DNA from: the human T2T-CHM13v2.0 reference genome, Homo sapiens
Length of the DNA: 64,000 bases
NCBI RefSeq assembly: GCF_009914755.1
Contig: NC_060927.1
Direction: 5' to 3' (one strand)
A program made the position numbers and the translations under genes. Every line of letters starts with the position of its first letter. Positions within the stretch are counted from its first letter, which is position 1. The notes under the pieces were generated by a model. It made no database searches. It was not told the DNA's origin and worked only from the letters and a program-made list of their open reading frames with translations. This document shows, one piece after another, positions 44,051 through 64,000 of the stretch.

Positions 44051-46543
44051 ACATGCATTTACTCTCTGAATCACCAGGTTTGCTCAATCAAATGTATGTC
44101 AAGGCAAGACTACTAATTAACTAAGGAAAAAAGTCATTTTGACTGGTTATAAGGAAATCATTGAAACATACATGAGGAGGTGGCCAACTGGAAGATTCTT
44201 GCTGAACTCAGTCACAATTTAAATAAGACGTCTCATTGCTGGTTCATGAACTGATTCCTTTTGTCATTTATGGAAAAGCAAGACTTTAGTGTACCCACAC
44301 CATGCAAACAAACTTCCTTCTGAATTCAGTTGCTATGACTAGCTGATTTCCACTTACTTCAAGAGAGAAAGGGGACTCAGCAGAACTAGGAGGTTCTACC
44401 AGGTATAAATATGTAGGTTTACTATATGTAAATCTGATGCCAGGATCATGCATACTGAATTGAAACTGGAAAAATTTTGCCTCTACAAAAATCCCTCTAA
44501 AATATCAAACAGCCCTTAGAGAAACCAAGTAAGCCTTTCGTTTGAACGCCTGTTACTGGCTCTTGTGACCCAGTGAAGAATGATTTAAAGCAAAGTACTT
44601 TGTGTCAGGTAAGACAAAAGCTCAGTTTCTTCACAGCTGAGCATCTGAAAGCAAGGCTGAAAGAATACAAGGCCCAGCCAATGTTCTGTCTTCATTTTCA
44701 CCTCCTCAGCTCAGCCGTCTTCTCCCATGGTGCTGGTGTGTTGGTAGAGCCAGACTCATCTCCCTGAATGCTTGGCTCTCTACCTCTTCTGGACTAAGAG
44801 GAGCCAGCTCCATGGAAACTGAAATAAGCAGGTGTTTGAGTCTCATTTAAAGCAGGAAATTCCCCTTTGATGCTACCAATGTATTTTCTAAGATTTTTTT
44901 TAAAAAAGGAATGAGAAAAGGGAAGCTGCCACCAGGGGCTCCTGCTGCAAAAGGTCAATGACTTTACAAATGGCCTTACGCTGATGCTTTTAAGAAAGAG
45001 TTTCATAGTTGGAAGCAGCTGCCACTCACTTCTCCAACCTGGCATTATCCCTTGGAAAGAGGAAAAGTCTGAAAATGTCTGATAAAGAAACAATTGGAAA
45101 ATTAAGGCTGATGTGTCACATCTTTTGCTATGTCAATTTTGTGGATTCTAAATCCCTGCTTGGAGGAAACAAGCAATCAAAGACCAACAGAGCTAGAAAT
45201 TAGTGAAGCAGAGTTAAGTGAGAGAGAAAAAAGAAAAAATGAAAGGGAGATGAAAGCAGTTCAGTGGATGATGAAGGCACAATGTAAGAGGAGGAATGAG
45301 GAGACCGGAGATATAAAGATGAAGGCAGAAGGAAAGTGAGAAAGAGTCCAAGGCAAACAGTGATGGAGAGAGGCAAAGATAGAGTTGAAAAACAAAACAA
45401 AACAGATAGAGCTAGAAAGGAAAGGAAAACTTGTAATGGGCAAGAGGTAAATATGAAAGAATATTTCTTCAACAAGGATCTATTGAGCAGATTCTATATG
45501 AGGTCTCTGCATTAGCAGGCACTTGGACTATAAAGATAAATCAATTAAATAAGCCATTTCAATGAATAGTAGTGATATGAAAATTGAGTACTCTCTCGGA
45601 AGAAGGACAGAGCAAGAATTCCCAGCGTAGTATCTATAAGTGATCTGGTACCCTTTGAGAAAAGATACAGATCTTTTCTTTTAATAAGTGTATAAGAAAA
45701 AAGTCAGCTCAGCAGTTTCAAAACAATGGGTTCATTTGTACTACTAAAGCCCAGCTTTTAAGCTGTATATTATCTGATTTGCAGCCTTCCTAGATATTCT
45801 TCTTTGAACTCACATTTATTTTCATCAAAGTTGCCACTAGCCCACACCGCAACTGTGCAAATTAAAAGACAAACAAACAAAACACTTCCTTTCTTCAAGG
45901 CAATTTACTTCCATCCATTGGAAAATCGTCAAAACAAGCTGGCTTTCTTAGAGTGAAACACTTTACTGCTATCTGTCAAAAAATTGTCTGGTAAATATAA
46001 ACACCTTTTGTGTGCAATGTGAATGGTGACTCATGATGGGTGCTCTTGTGCAATGCCAGTCTATGCAACCATCAACAGCTCTACCTTGAATGCTATCCCT
46101 TAGACCAGGACTTCAGAATCAAAATAAAGGAAAAATTTCTGCATTATTCTTGTTTGGGAATTCTAAACCAGAAGTCTAAAGGTGGATGTGCCCCATAGCT
46201 ATGCTTGCTTTTGTCTGAAACTTTGAACAGAGTAATTGAGCTAAAAATCCAAATTTCTAGCTTCTTTTGAAATATGAGCTCTGATTATACTAAGTGTTTT
46301 CTCATTGAAATAAGACGCTGGAGCAGAGTAGCTCTACACCTTGTAGCTAAGGCATATCCTGTAAACACCTCTCCTCACATTCTCCACTATTCTTTATAGT
46401 CTCTGAAACACTGAAGTCTAAGAGTCAGTACCATTTATCATAACTCTTTCACTGCTGACTTGTTTACCTTTCATCTACTTCTCATATTTTCATGTCCTAC
46501 GGAGCTCCTGTAGGCAACTGAATTTGGAAACTTTGATCTAAAG

Positions 46544-46747
46544 CTCTGCTGTCCTTTACAGTAACCACTAGCCACATGTAGCCATTCAAACTTAAAGTAA
46601 TATGAAGTAAAATTTAAATTTTCATTCCTCAGTTGCACCAGCCACATTGCAAGTGCTCAGTGCTACCTGTAGCTAGTGGTTACCATATTGGACAACATAC
46701 ATATAGAACACTTTCATCACTGCAGAAAGTTCTATTGGATAGTGATA
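46544..46747. mobile_element. MER3 hAT MITE
   Basis: 'ccactagccacatgt...cactgcagaaagttctattgga'; degenerate 8-bp TSD atctaaag/atttagag. Confidence 0.82.
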
Positions 46748-46963
46748 ATTTAGAGAAGAAAGGTGGGTTGAGATCAGCATTCTCCTCAAATGTCCTCCAG
46801 GACACTAGATATAGGAGACACTAGAAGGGGAAATTATGGCCACTAGTGGTGATAGTATCACCTACTAGATACTAGGAAGAGGTCTCTATAAGCTCAAAAA
46901 GGCAAGAAAATGATTTTCCAACATTTTCCAAAAGTTATGTCACATAACTTTTCAAAAATATTG

Positions 46964-51258
<4,295 letters not shown>

Positions 51259-52099
51259 GCTATTTTAAATGAAATTAAACAGGGATCTCGCCAGCAGAAC
51301 TTCAGTTACCTTCTAGTATCTAAAGAATAACGTGAATTGCCAAGGCAATCACAGGATATGGGGTCTGTGAAATCTATTTCATTACAGATTTTTTTTTAAT
51401 GAGGAACATTTGTTAATGGTGTTTCAAGGGATAAAATCTGAAAATGCCACTGTTTGAAATCAGCAAGAATGACTCAGAAAGGAGTAATCTTTCCAATTAA
51501 ATATCAAGACTATAGTAGAATGGTCTCTAAAAAACACACATAAATCGTTTTGCAGGTACTTAGCAGAGTCCTGATGAGTCCTTATTCCTCTATGGGAATA
51601 CATGGAGGAGGTGGAAATGAGCTAACCACATAGAAAGATTATTGAGCCTACTTGCTCTGTATAGTATGTACATCCACAGACATGCCTCTGACAGGCTTCC
51701 ATAGTCCCAATTCATTATTAGAATAGTCATGAGATACTACAAGGTACTTTGAGGGAGTGCAATCTAAAGACCTGACGTATTAGTTCATCCTGTGTCATGC
51801 AGTTAATATGCATCAAAGGACAGTCTAGATTTCCATATTCCAAGCTTATAAAGCTGCATCTTCCCAAAATATAGAAAGCCTGGTCTTCTAAGTTGTTTGT
51901 AACTGAACATCTAAGATACGATTTTTGTCCTTTCCAGAGATTAAGAACTAAAGGCTTTTATTAGAAAAAAGTGTAACATTTTGTTGTTTGTTCCCTCCCT
52001 CAGGAATTTCCAGGTAATTCACATGAAGACTTCAGAGGATTTGCCTTTCTTGCTCACATAGACTTTCTAACAAAAAAGATGATTAGGTCCCTCCCTGAC

Positions 52100-52457
52100 T
52101 GCAATAGTTTGAATGTGTCCCCCAAAAGTTCATGTATTAGAAACTAAATTGCCACTGTAACACTATTAAGAGGTGGGACCTTTAAGAGGTGATTAGGCCA
52201 TGAAGGCTCCACCCACATGAATAAATTAATGCCACTATCTTGGAGGTAGGTGAGTTATTATAAAAATGGGCTCCTGATAAAAGGATAAGTTTGGCCTTCT
52301 GCCATGTTACTACACAGCAAGGAGGCCCTTAACAAAGCAGTCCCTTGATCTTGGACTTCTCAGCCTCTAGAACTATAAGCCAAATAAACCTCTTTTTTTT
52401 TTATATATTACTCACTCTGTGGTATTCTGTTATAGCAGCAGAAAACAGATTAAGATA
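52100..52457 (+). mobile_element. MSTC/MSTD-like MaLR solo LTR
   Basis: tgcaatagtttgaatgtgtcccc...gttatagcagcagaaaacagattaagata; perfect TSD ctgac. Confidence 0.88.
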
Positions 52458-54699
52458 CTGACTATACCACCAGAGTTCTTTTATTGGACCTGTCCTTCAT
52501 AAAGCAAGAAACGAAAAGGACGTTACAAAAAGAATGAGATTAGACAGAGTTGATGATGTGGGAAGTTTATACATGAAACAATGTGAATAAGAGGACCATT
52601 TATTTCTGAGGATGACAGGAAAGGATAAATAACTTTGTTCACTGCTCCCCAGGTTTAAGTGGAAAATTAATCTGCTCTTGATGTCAAAATATATTACAAT
52701 GTGTGCTGCAAGAATGAGGCCCATCCCAATTTACTTCCCAACAAAGATTTTGTGGTGGATTTGAAATCTTTTAATGTTGCTAACAAATTAACTTGTTATT
52801 TTAACAATATCTTTTTCAGGTCTGTAATCTGTGTTATTGGTTGCAGTTGATAAGCAGACCCTTTGTAAGAGAAAAAGATTCATTGTAATATTAATGTTTA
52901 CATTGGAACTAAAAGGTGGAATATTCAGAAAGTAATAGCCCTTTGGAAATTGAGGGAGATGGTTAATTCTTGGTTCATTTTTACTTTTAGAATCATAAAA
53001 ATACTAAAAATATTCTATTCTTTGAGTGTTTTTTGATAAACTGACAAATGAAACTAATACAGACTTTGTGAAATATCCCACACTCATTCAAATTAGTTTT
53101 ACAGAATTTGTAGTTTATGTAAATAGGTTAAATATATGAATGTAGGGGTATTGGTCTATTTTGTAAACATGGTGTGAATTCTTCCTTCACTAACTAAAAC
53201 CAAGGCAGCAGTGATCTTTCCACAAGATTCCAGGAGAGGGGATGACTCCATTGAGGTTGGAGGATAGGGACCTGTCCTTCATAAAGCAAGGAACGAAAGG
53301 ATAAAGGATACAGTAGTGAAAAGACTCTTGGACAACACAGTAAAGGTGGCCCTTGAGTCATTATCTGCCTCTAACCTTAGTAAACACCTCTAAAAACATG
53401 ATTTATCATTGATAAAATAATGGAGCTAAATTAATTAACCCCTAAAATCTCTACCTGTTTGAAATGGAAGAAGTGTTGGTGAGAGGAAAAGATGAAAATC
53501 AAAGATAACTCCTCTAATAGATTTCCAGTCTCCCCTCCAAATAGCTCATCTCAATAAAGCATGAGTAGCCAAACGACAAGGACAGGAGGTGAACGAGGGA
53601 TTCAAGATACCTCCTGTGCCTTGGCTAATAACTGAGAACAGAGAAGGGACTAAATGTGATGTGCTGGCAGTGTAGATGGCAGCTAGTGGTTTCACAATGG
53701 TAAAACCTCAGCTCAAAGTAGTTTAAGAACAGAGAGAGACAGATAATTTGGTTCACAAAACTGAGAAGGCCATTCATGCAGTAGACAGGGATGGCAAGAC
53801 TTGGGAATGACAAGGAAGGATTCTTAATGACCCAATTCTTAGTGTGACTAAGCCTTAAGGCTGTGACAAAGGAAAACAGATGCTATGAATGGCCAGGCTT
53901 AGTACATGCCCCACACTCTGTGGCCAGGAGCTGCAGAATACTATTATTGGTGGCCCCTCCAGGATTAGAGAGAAAGGAACAGTTTACCAAAGAACAAAGA
54001 GAAGAGGTGGGGGGATTCTGGAGAAATAAAAACAGTAGGCGCTCAATTGTGCATAGGACAGAAGAATTCAGGGATTGGGCAGAGAAAGAATTTCAGTGCC
54101 CTGAGCACTCCTCAGTGTGCATCTTTGGGAGCATCTTTTCTCTTCTGAGCAAAGTACCTATGTTTGTAGCAGAGTGCAGGATAGGAACCTTAAGGTTTGA
54201 GTTTGCTCCTGGCTCTGACCCTGACAAATCATGTACAAATAATCTAAACTTTGTGAGTCTCATTTATAATTTTAGCGGATTAGTCAGGTGAATTTTAAGA
54301 TCTCTTCCAGCAGGAACACTCCATGAATTTCTGATGTAGCCTGATACGAAATGTGTAAAAATGCATATGTGCTGAGTAGCCCCCATTCCATAATTACCTT
54401 GAAATAGCTCTGTCCATAAGTGTACCACCCTCCTGTTTGATACTGGCATAGAGGTGGTGGTAGCGATAGTGGTGCTCATGATGGCTTTTCACACTTACTA
54501 CAAGTTTGCTAAGCACCAAGCATTGCACTAGGCATTTTAAGTACATTTTCTCCAATTCTTGTATCTTTGCAAATTATATAGTATTGAAGTTTTGCAGTTG
54601 AGAAAACTGATTCTCAGAAAAGCTAAGTAATTATCTAATGTAACATCATTGCTATTAATATATATTCATATTCTTCCTTTACCCAGTCCATTGTCCTGC

Positions 54700-55290
54700 T
54701 ATAGTGCCAGGGAGTCCTATTTAAATGATAGAAGGCAATTACCTATTGTTTAATAACCTAATTTTTAAACTTGATGTTTTCTGAGTATCTTTCTATGTCA
54801 ATAAACTCACTGACATCATTTCAAAGGCTAAATAGATTTCTAGTGTATAAATATATCAGATTACTTAATCGCTTATTTTAAAATGTTTGCAAATTTCCAC
54901 TCTTATAAACAATACTAAAATAAGTATTTTAGTCATTAAAATGTTTTCTTTGGGTACTTTTCAATTATTTTTTAGGTTGAATTCCAGAAAGTGAAATCAC
55001 TATAATGAAGAGTATACACTTTGATGCACACTGCTAAGTTGGCACTCCCACAAAAAAGACCACCAATTGAGACACCTGTTAGCAATGCACGAAAGGGTTT
55101 ATTTCTCCACATTTATACTAACACTGGATATTAGGATCTTTTATACTATTTATCAATTTTGTGGCTGTAACCTTTATTAAAAATTGTATTACTTTGATTA
55201 TTCATGAAGCTAATAATTTTTCATATGCTTTTAGGCTATTTCTGTTACTTCCTGTGGGTTGCTTATTCATATTCTTAGCCCAAGTGTCAC
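54700..55290 (-). mobile_element. Ancient L1ME 3' fragment
   Basis: 'tcttataaacaatact...aattccagaaagtgaaatcact...tttctccacat'. Confidence 0.55.
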
Positions 55291-55640
55291 AAATTTTAAA
55301 CCTTGGCTTTTATTTATATTCACATTGCAAACTGAAGAACTCAATAAAAGGCATTTTTTTCTAAAATCTGAGCTAAGATCTTACTGTTGAAACCTTTGGA
55401 AGTTATATTAACATAAGAATAAACTGCTCTGGGTGCCACTGAATACTTCCAACTTTCCAAAAATTTAGGAGGCATATGATAGTTGAAGCAAGCAATAATC
55501 ACATAGGGTAAAAACACAAAAGAGGATGTAAAAAATTCCAATTTAGTTGATGTTTTAGATGCTGTTGGGGGCGCTCTCTGTTACATTTACTGGGTCCCAG
55601 CTGCTCTAAGTTTTAGCTGCAAAGAGCTCACAAATACCCC

Positions 55641-56196
55641 TGTAAAAGAAAACAAAACTTCAAGACCCTCTAAATTTATTATGTCAAAGGGGAAGTTAAG
55701 CCCTGGAGACTAAGTCACATAGCATGTTTGCAATTCTGCTTCTTAGGTTATGGTTCAACTTTCTTTCTCATTATTCTTCTTCTGTAAATGACAAGGAAAG
55801 AGCAGACCTTCCCCTTTGCAATCACTGATCTTTGTCATTGATAAATGCCTCCTTCCTTGTGTTATATCTAACTCAGACAAGATGGCACACAACACTCCAT
55901 GACAATGACATCTTCCATGTGGAACGTTAAATATACCTTTTCCAAAAGGCAAAGACCACCTTGATTAATCACACTAGTTGCAACTGTGCATCAAGACTTA
56001 CATAGAAAGATACTGAAATTCTGTGAAACTTACCTCAGTTTTGTCTGCATAAGCAATCCCAAACATCTACACTTTAGAACACTGATTTCCATTCCTTGAA
56101 ATCTGTGCTTTCCAGGTGATCCTATCCTCAACCTCTGTACTTTAACAAACTCTCTTTAAGCTAGATTCTGACCTTTTTGATTATTTTAAGTTGACA
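55641..56196 (+). mobile_element. ERV1-class (MER4-group, MER34/LTR48-like) solo LTR
   Basis: tgtaaa...ttgaca termini; 4-bp TSD cccc at 55637-55640 and 56197-56200. Confidence 0.75.
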
Positions 56197-56451
56197 CCCC
56201 TTTGTTAAAAAGATAGTCCTCTATTGATGAGAGCCACATGCCTGGGAAGTTTATGAATCAACCACCAAGTCAGTCCATAGTCAGAACTAGTTGATGTTGG
56301 GGTACAAAAGACTGGACCCCTTGTCTTATAGAAAGAAAGTTTTGTGGTGTGATTTGCGCTCTAGAGGCAGCCATCCACCACCAGTGGGTCAGGTCAAGGT
56401 GTGACTTTTCCTAAGACAGAAACCTTGTTAGGCTCTTTCCCCTTTACCACC

Positions 56452-56837
56452 TGATATGGTTTGGTTCTGTGTCCCCACCCAAATCTCATGTGGAATTATA
56501 ATTACCAATGCTGGGGGGAGGGACCTGGTGGGAAGTGATTGGATTATGGGGACGGATTTCCCCCTTGCTGTTCTCTTGCTGTGATAGTAAGTGAGTTCTC
56601 ATAAAATCTGGTTGTTAAAGTGTGTGGCACTTCCCCTTTCACTTTCTCTCTCCTGTCCACCATGTGAAGATTGTGCTGCTTCCCCTTCACCTCCCGCCAT
56701 GATTGTAACTTTCCTGAGGCCTCCCCAGCCATGCTTCCTGTACAGCCTGTGGAACTGTGAAGCAATTAAACCTCTTGTCTTTATAATTTACCAGTCTCAG
56801 GTAGTTCTTTACAGCAAAGTGGTAATGGACTAATATA
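56452..56837 (+). mobile_element. MSTA/THE1D-like MaLR solo LTR
   Basis: tgatatggtttgg...ggactaatata; TSD cca(c/t)c. Confidence 0.92.
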
Positions 56838-59800
56838 CCATCCTACTTTCCTCACTCACTTATGGGTTCCCTCTAAGAGCACCTCTACCATAAATCATGT
56901 GCACCTGGATTTCTGCCTCAGGCTGTGCTTCTAGGAAGCCAATGTAAATAGCAGGGAGTAGCAAGACTTCATGCATTTAATGTCCAATAGGTGAAAAAGG
57001 TGTGAGCATTTAATGTCGGTAGAATGGGGAAAAGAAGGCACTGAAGCATTCTTGGGAACAATCATACAATTCTATCCTTTCAGTGTCTTAATATACTGGA
57101 ATATAAGAAACTTGGAGGATCAGAGAAGAAGTAATCCTCAGACATAAAAAGGATTTAAGACGACCAGTTAGGAAGCTAATGTAGTAGTCTCATTTAGGGT
57201 TGACAAGTGCCTGGGTTTCAGCAGTAATAGCTATAATCCAGCCCCCTAATACTTCAGTAATTAACATTGACTCATGAGAAACTATGTATATTGCTGAGTA
57301 AAAATAGACAAAATGTGGTTAAATATATTTTGTATGGTGTAGAAAAATACCATAGGTTCACATTTCCACTTAAAAACACTCTTAACAAGCAGCAAAACCA
57401 CATGATTCATCACTGGAACCAGATGACTCGTCAAAAAGACAAAGCATAAAATGAAAGTAAGGAAGGAGAAGGACCTGCCAACTCAGCAAGACTTAACAGG
57501 TGCTCAAGAATTTAGGCTAATTAATTGACCACATGGTTGATGAATTAAGACAGTATCCATGTTTGGAATGAAGTACACTTGCTGTCCAAGTTATAGGGGT
57601 TGGTGTGAGGAGAAAGAGGGAAACATAATCCCATTGAGATAAAAAGTAATCAAAAGCACTAGGAAAAGAAAAAAATTAAAGAGAGTAATAAGCAAATGGG
57701 AAACAAAGCAATTTACATGACCATCCCACAGTAAAATAAAATAAGAATTAAGATCTGGATGCCTTATATGTCTGGCAAAAAAAAAAAAATGCATGAACTT
57801 CAACTCTCTTAAAGAAAACTTTTTAAAATGACTGTGAAAGCTGGTAGCTAATGGACTGAAGATACATTTACCACCCACCACACCCTAAGCAAGTACTCTG
57901 AGATAAGCCCTACTTTTAGAAGTCAAAAATATTCATATTTTCCAAGGAAAGGTTATTACTTTAATAATACAAATACCCTCTAGTAAGCTTACTAAAATAC
58001 TCTGATAATGGACAGCAGAATGCAGGGAGGAACATCTAGCTCAGGAAGCTTGGGACACAGTAAATCCAATTTGCAGAAGTCTTGTACTTCCTCAGCCTGT
58101 ATAGATACCCTAAAATAAAAATAAGTCTATCATTTCAGTTTTTGAAAAGGTGAGACAGTGCGAAGGAAACTTAAACCCTAGTCCTGGCTCTGATTTAATC
58201 ACTAACCATCTTACCTTGCAAAAATTTGTAGCATTCCTGGACCTCTGTTCTCTTACCTGTGAAATGAAAGAAGCTGCAAAAGAGGCTAAATCCAACTCTA
58301 AAATACTATTTCTTTATTTTGAAACCTACAGCATTCTTTCTAAACACTAAAGTGACAAAGTAGGATGACTCAATATATACTGAAGAGCAATCAGCTCTAT
58401 TGATTGCTATGTCAACTGGTTTGACTTGAAAGTATTTCATATAAGCATAGTTTCCATTGCTACAGAGGACTACATCTTTCTTTTTGGATCTGACTTGAGA
58501 TTGGTGCCATTGATGATGGATCATTACATTTTTTTCTGCAATTATTAAATAATAAGATAACTCCTAAGTCTGTATGATCCAATGGAAAGGTCATGGCATT
58601 GTGGATCAGAGGTTCTAATATCCAATTCCTGCCTTATTAGTATTGAATTTTATGGACTTTGGAAAAGTCGCTTAACTGAGTGGAGAGCAACCATAATTGA
58701 CTCCTCTTAATAACATTATCAGGGTTCAATGATAAGAGAGAGCTATTCAAAAATGCTATATGGGGTACACATAGATCTTAGCGCATAATCTGAGATTTGC
58801 CAAGATACAACGTAATTGTATTTTCACAACTAAATTTAATTTTAATTTTGAGTTCCCGTTTCCCTAGGTGTGAAAAATTAATCTCAGTTGATTCAGGCTT
58901 CCCCCCTACTTCAGTTTCACTTGTGCCCATAGTCCCAGAAGGGCTACATTGTGCCAAGGTGTTGGGGTTGTCATCATTGCCCTGCTGACATCCAGCATGA
59001 CTGCCCTCCCAACTGTTCTCTGGTCGTCAGTTCCAACTCACTGCTGCATTTTTCTCTTCACAATTGCAAGGCCTCTTCAGTTCTGGCAAAACTTGCAAAG
59101 AAGTAACAAAAAAAGCCACAGAGGTAAAAGAAATGACTTCAAGAAATGTTATGGAAGCCAAGGGAGGAGAAAATGCCAAGGAAATTGTGGCCATTGACTT
59201 TAAATGACTCAGAGGCATCTAAGAGTAAAGGAAAACAAAAATGGAGTTACAGATAGCTTTTACAAAAACAGTTTTCACTGAATGGCAGATATGCAATCTT
59301 AAAGAAGTAGAGAAGAAATACTAGTAGTGAATATGACAATTTTAAAAAAAAGATTTTTTTCCTTAGAAAATATTGTGATTATTTTGACTTTGGAGAAGTG
59401 TGACAGTTATACTCAGCTCTAATTTAAGACACAATAATTTCACTAAATAAAAAGAGATAACTATTTGTACTGGCTAGTGAGACTAGCCCACAAGAGTGAT
59501 TAAATTCCAATATTATCAAATCTTGTTTCTCCCCTTAAGTAAGGTTAAATATTTAAGCCCACAATAATTAGGCCACCACTTCTCTGACATATTCTTAGGA
59601 ATAAATAGCCAATGAAAATTAAGTCCCTTCTTCTGCTGTAACAACCTGAGACAATGAGTCACCAGTGAGTAATAAAATAGGTACTAGTTTAGATGGAAGA
59701 CAGAGGAGAGAAGGTCATTAAAATTATGTTTGCCACAACTTTCTACTTTGCATGAGCCCATGAGACCAACCTGACTCTTTTAGATATAAAGATTATCATG

Positions 59801-60224
59801 CATAATCAACTTTATAACCTAGAAGTAATCACTATCAGATCATTTAACACCAGTCATGTACATCTTGGAGAATGCCCAGACTATGAGAATATGTCACCCT
59901 AAATTATTCTCCAAGAATTGTGAGATGAAGAAGAAAATAAGCAGGTGTTATCATGACTCTCTACTCTTTCTATTTCAACCCACTAATCCCAATAAACACA
60001 CATTTTTAAAATTTTGAACATTTAATGCTAAGAGTATTCAATTCAGCTAAATTATGGAATGGGTTAAGAAAAACTTTGGTAAGTTTTCCCTTTACCCCAC
60101 CCTCATCTTCTGCTAATTCTTCTGTCTCAGATCAGTCATTCCAAATAAGAAGGGAAGAAGATATGCTTTTGGCAACTTATGTCATATTGGCTCAGTTATA
60201 GACTCACAGAATAAGTAGGCGTCA

Positions 60225-60370
60225 AATAATCTTAGACATCATCTAGACCCACTGCACTATTTTCAGATGGGTAAAATAAGGCTCAGGGAAGTTGTGTGTC
60301 TTACCTAAGATATCACAATGAGTAGAGTAGAGCCTGGAATAGAACTCAAATTTTCTAACATTAAGGCCAG
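60225..60370 (-). mobile_element. MIR relic (further faint MIRs near 54490-54700, 58150-58290 and 58590-58760)
   Basis: 'ttttcagatgggtaaaataaggctcagggaagttgtgtgtcttacctaagatatcaca'. Confidence 0.65.
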
Positions 60371-60474
60371 TAGTCAACAAATATTTACTGAGTTCTTAGT
60401 CCATACTAGACAATGTCCTCACCACTGAGGAGTAAAAGCTAAAAAAAAAATCACCTGAGCTATGGTGATAAATG

Positions 60475-61637
<1,163 letters not shown>

Positions 61638-61727
61638 CATTCCCAAACCTCAGCATTATGTAATAAACCCATGTAACAAACCTGCATATATACCCACTAA
61701 ATCTAAAATAAAAATTGAAATTATTAT
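61638..61727 (+). mobile_element. Very short L1PA13-16/L1PB-like 3' end
   Basis: 'cccaaacctcagcat...aatctaaaataaaa'; degenerate TSD aagaatacgtatccacaat (61619-61637) and aataatttgtatccagaat (63886-63904). Confidence 0.75.
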
Positions 61728-61742
61728 AAAAAATAATTTGTA

Positions 61743-63881
<2,139 letters not shown>

Positions 63882-64000
63882 AAAAAATAATTTGTATCCA
63901 GAATATGTAAAGAACTCTCAAAACTCAATAATCGGAAAGCAAACAACCTAATTAAAGGTAAACAGACTATTAAGAAGTGTGGTATCAGCCACTTGGCAGA

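Larger units (their letters stand above)
55560..56950 (+). mobile_element. LTR16-like ERVL LTR split by two younger LTRs
   Basis: 3' part 'aaatcatgtgcacctggatttctgcctcaggctgtgcttctaggaa' parallels 41100-41150. Confidence 0.55.

Noticed and set aside
44574-44608. Possible 35-nt exon with a strong donor CAG|gtaaga
   Set aside because: Weak acceptor tract, no partner exons or recognisable peptide; needs RNA-seq.
45200-45460. Purine-rich tract as H-DNA or a coding segment
   Set aside because: Low complexity without a clear mirror repeat.
56720-56732. PRDM9 hotspot motif in a MaLR LTR
   Set aside because: cctccccagccat mismatches CCNCCNTNNCCNC at positions 7 and 13.

Overview
Eukaryotic, AT-rich, repeat-dominated primate DNA, most likely human because an Alu at 60979-61276 carries the diagnostic bases of the human-specific AluYg6 subfamily. 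I find no supportable cellular protein-coding gene, RNA gene, CRISPR array or prokaryotic system. Nearly every long ORF in the track is a disrupted LINE-1 ORF1/ORF2 or Tigger1 transposase remnant, or an antisense artefact of a repeat. The window is a layered transposon fossil record: five young L1PA copies (three with twin-priming 5' inversions), older L1PA/L1MA copies, a Tigger1 and a Charlie1-type element that each host nested insertions, MaLR (THE1/MST/MLT), ERVL and ERV1 LTRs, five Alus, and MIR/L2/L3 relics. Three signals are not explained by simple repeat annotation. (i) Several locally templated repair-like scars, including a ~140-bp patchwork at 31648-31789 and a 17-bp filler copied from 1.3 kb away at a large L1 deletion. 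(ii) Non-consensus alleles shared in short identical tracts between L1s of different subfamilies 33 kb apart, suggesting ectopic gene conversion. (iii) Two twin-primed L1s that mirror each other as a ~3.3-kb inverted repeat around a 7.8-kb spacer. Subfamily names come from recalled consensus sequences and need RepeatMasker/Dfam confirmation.
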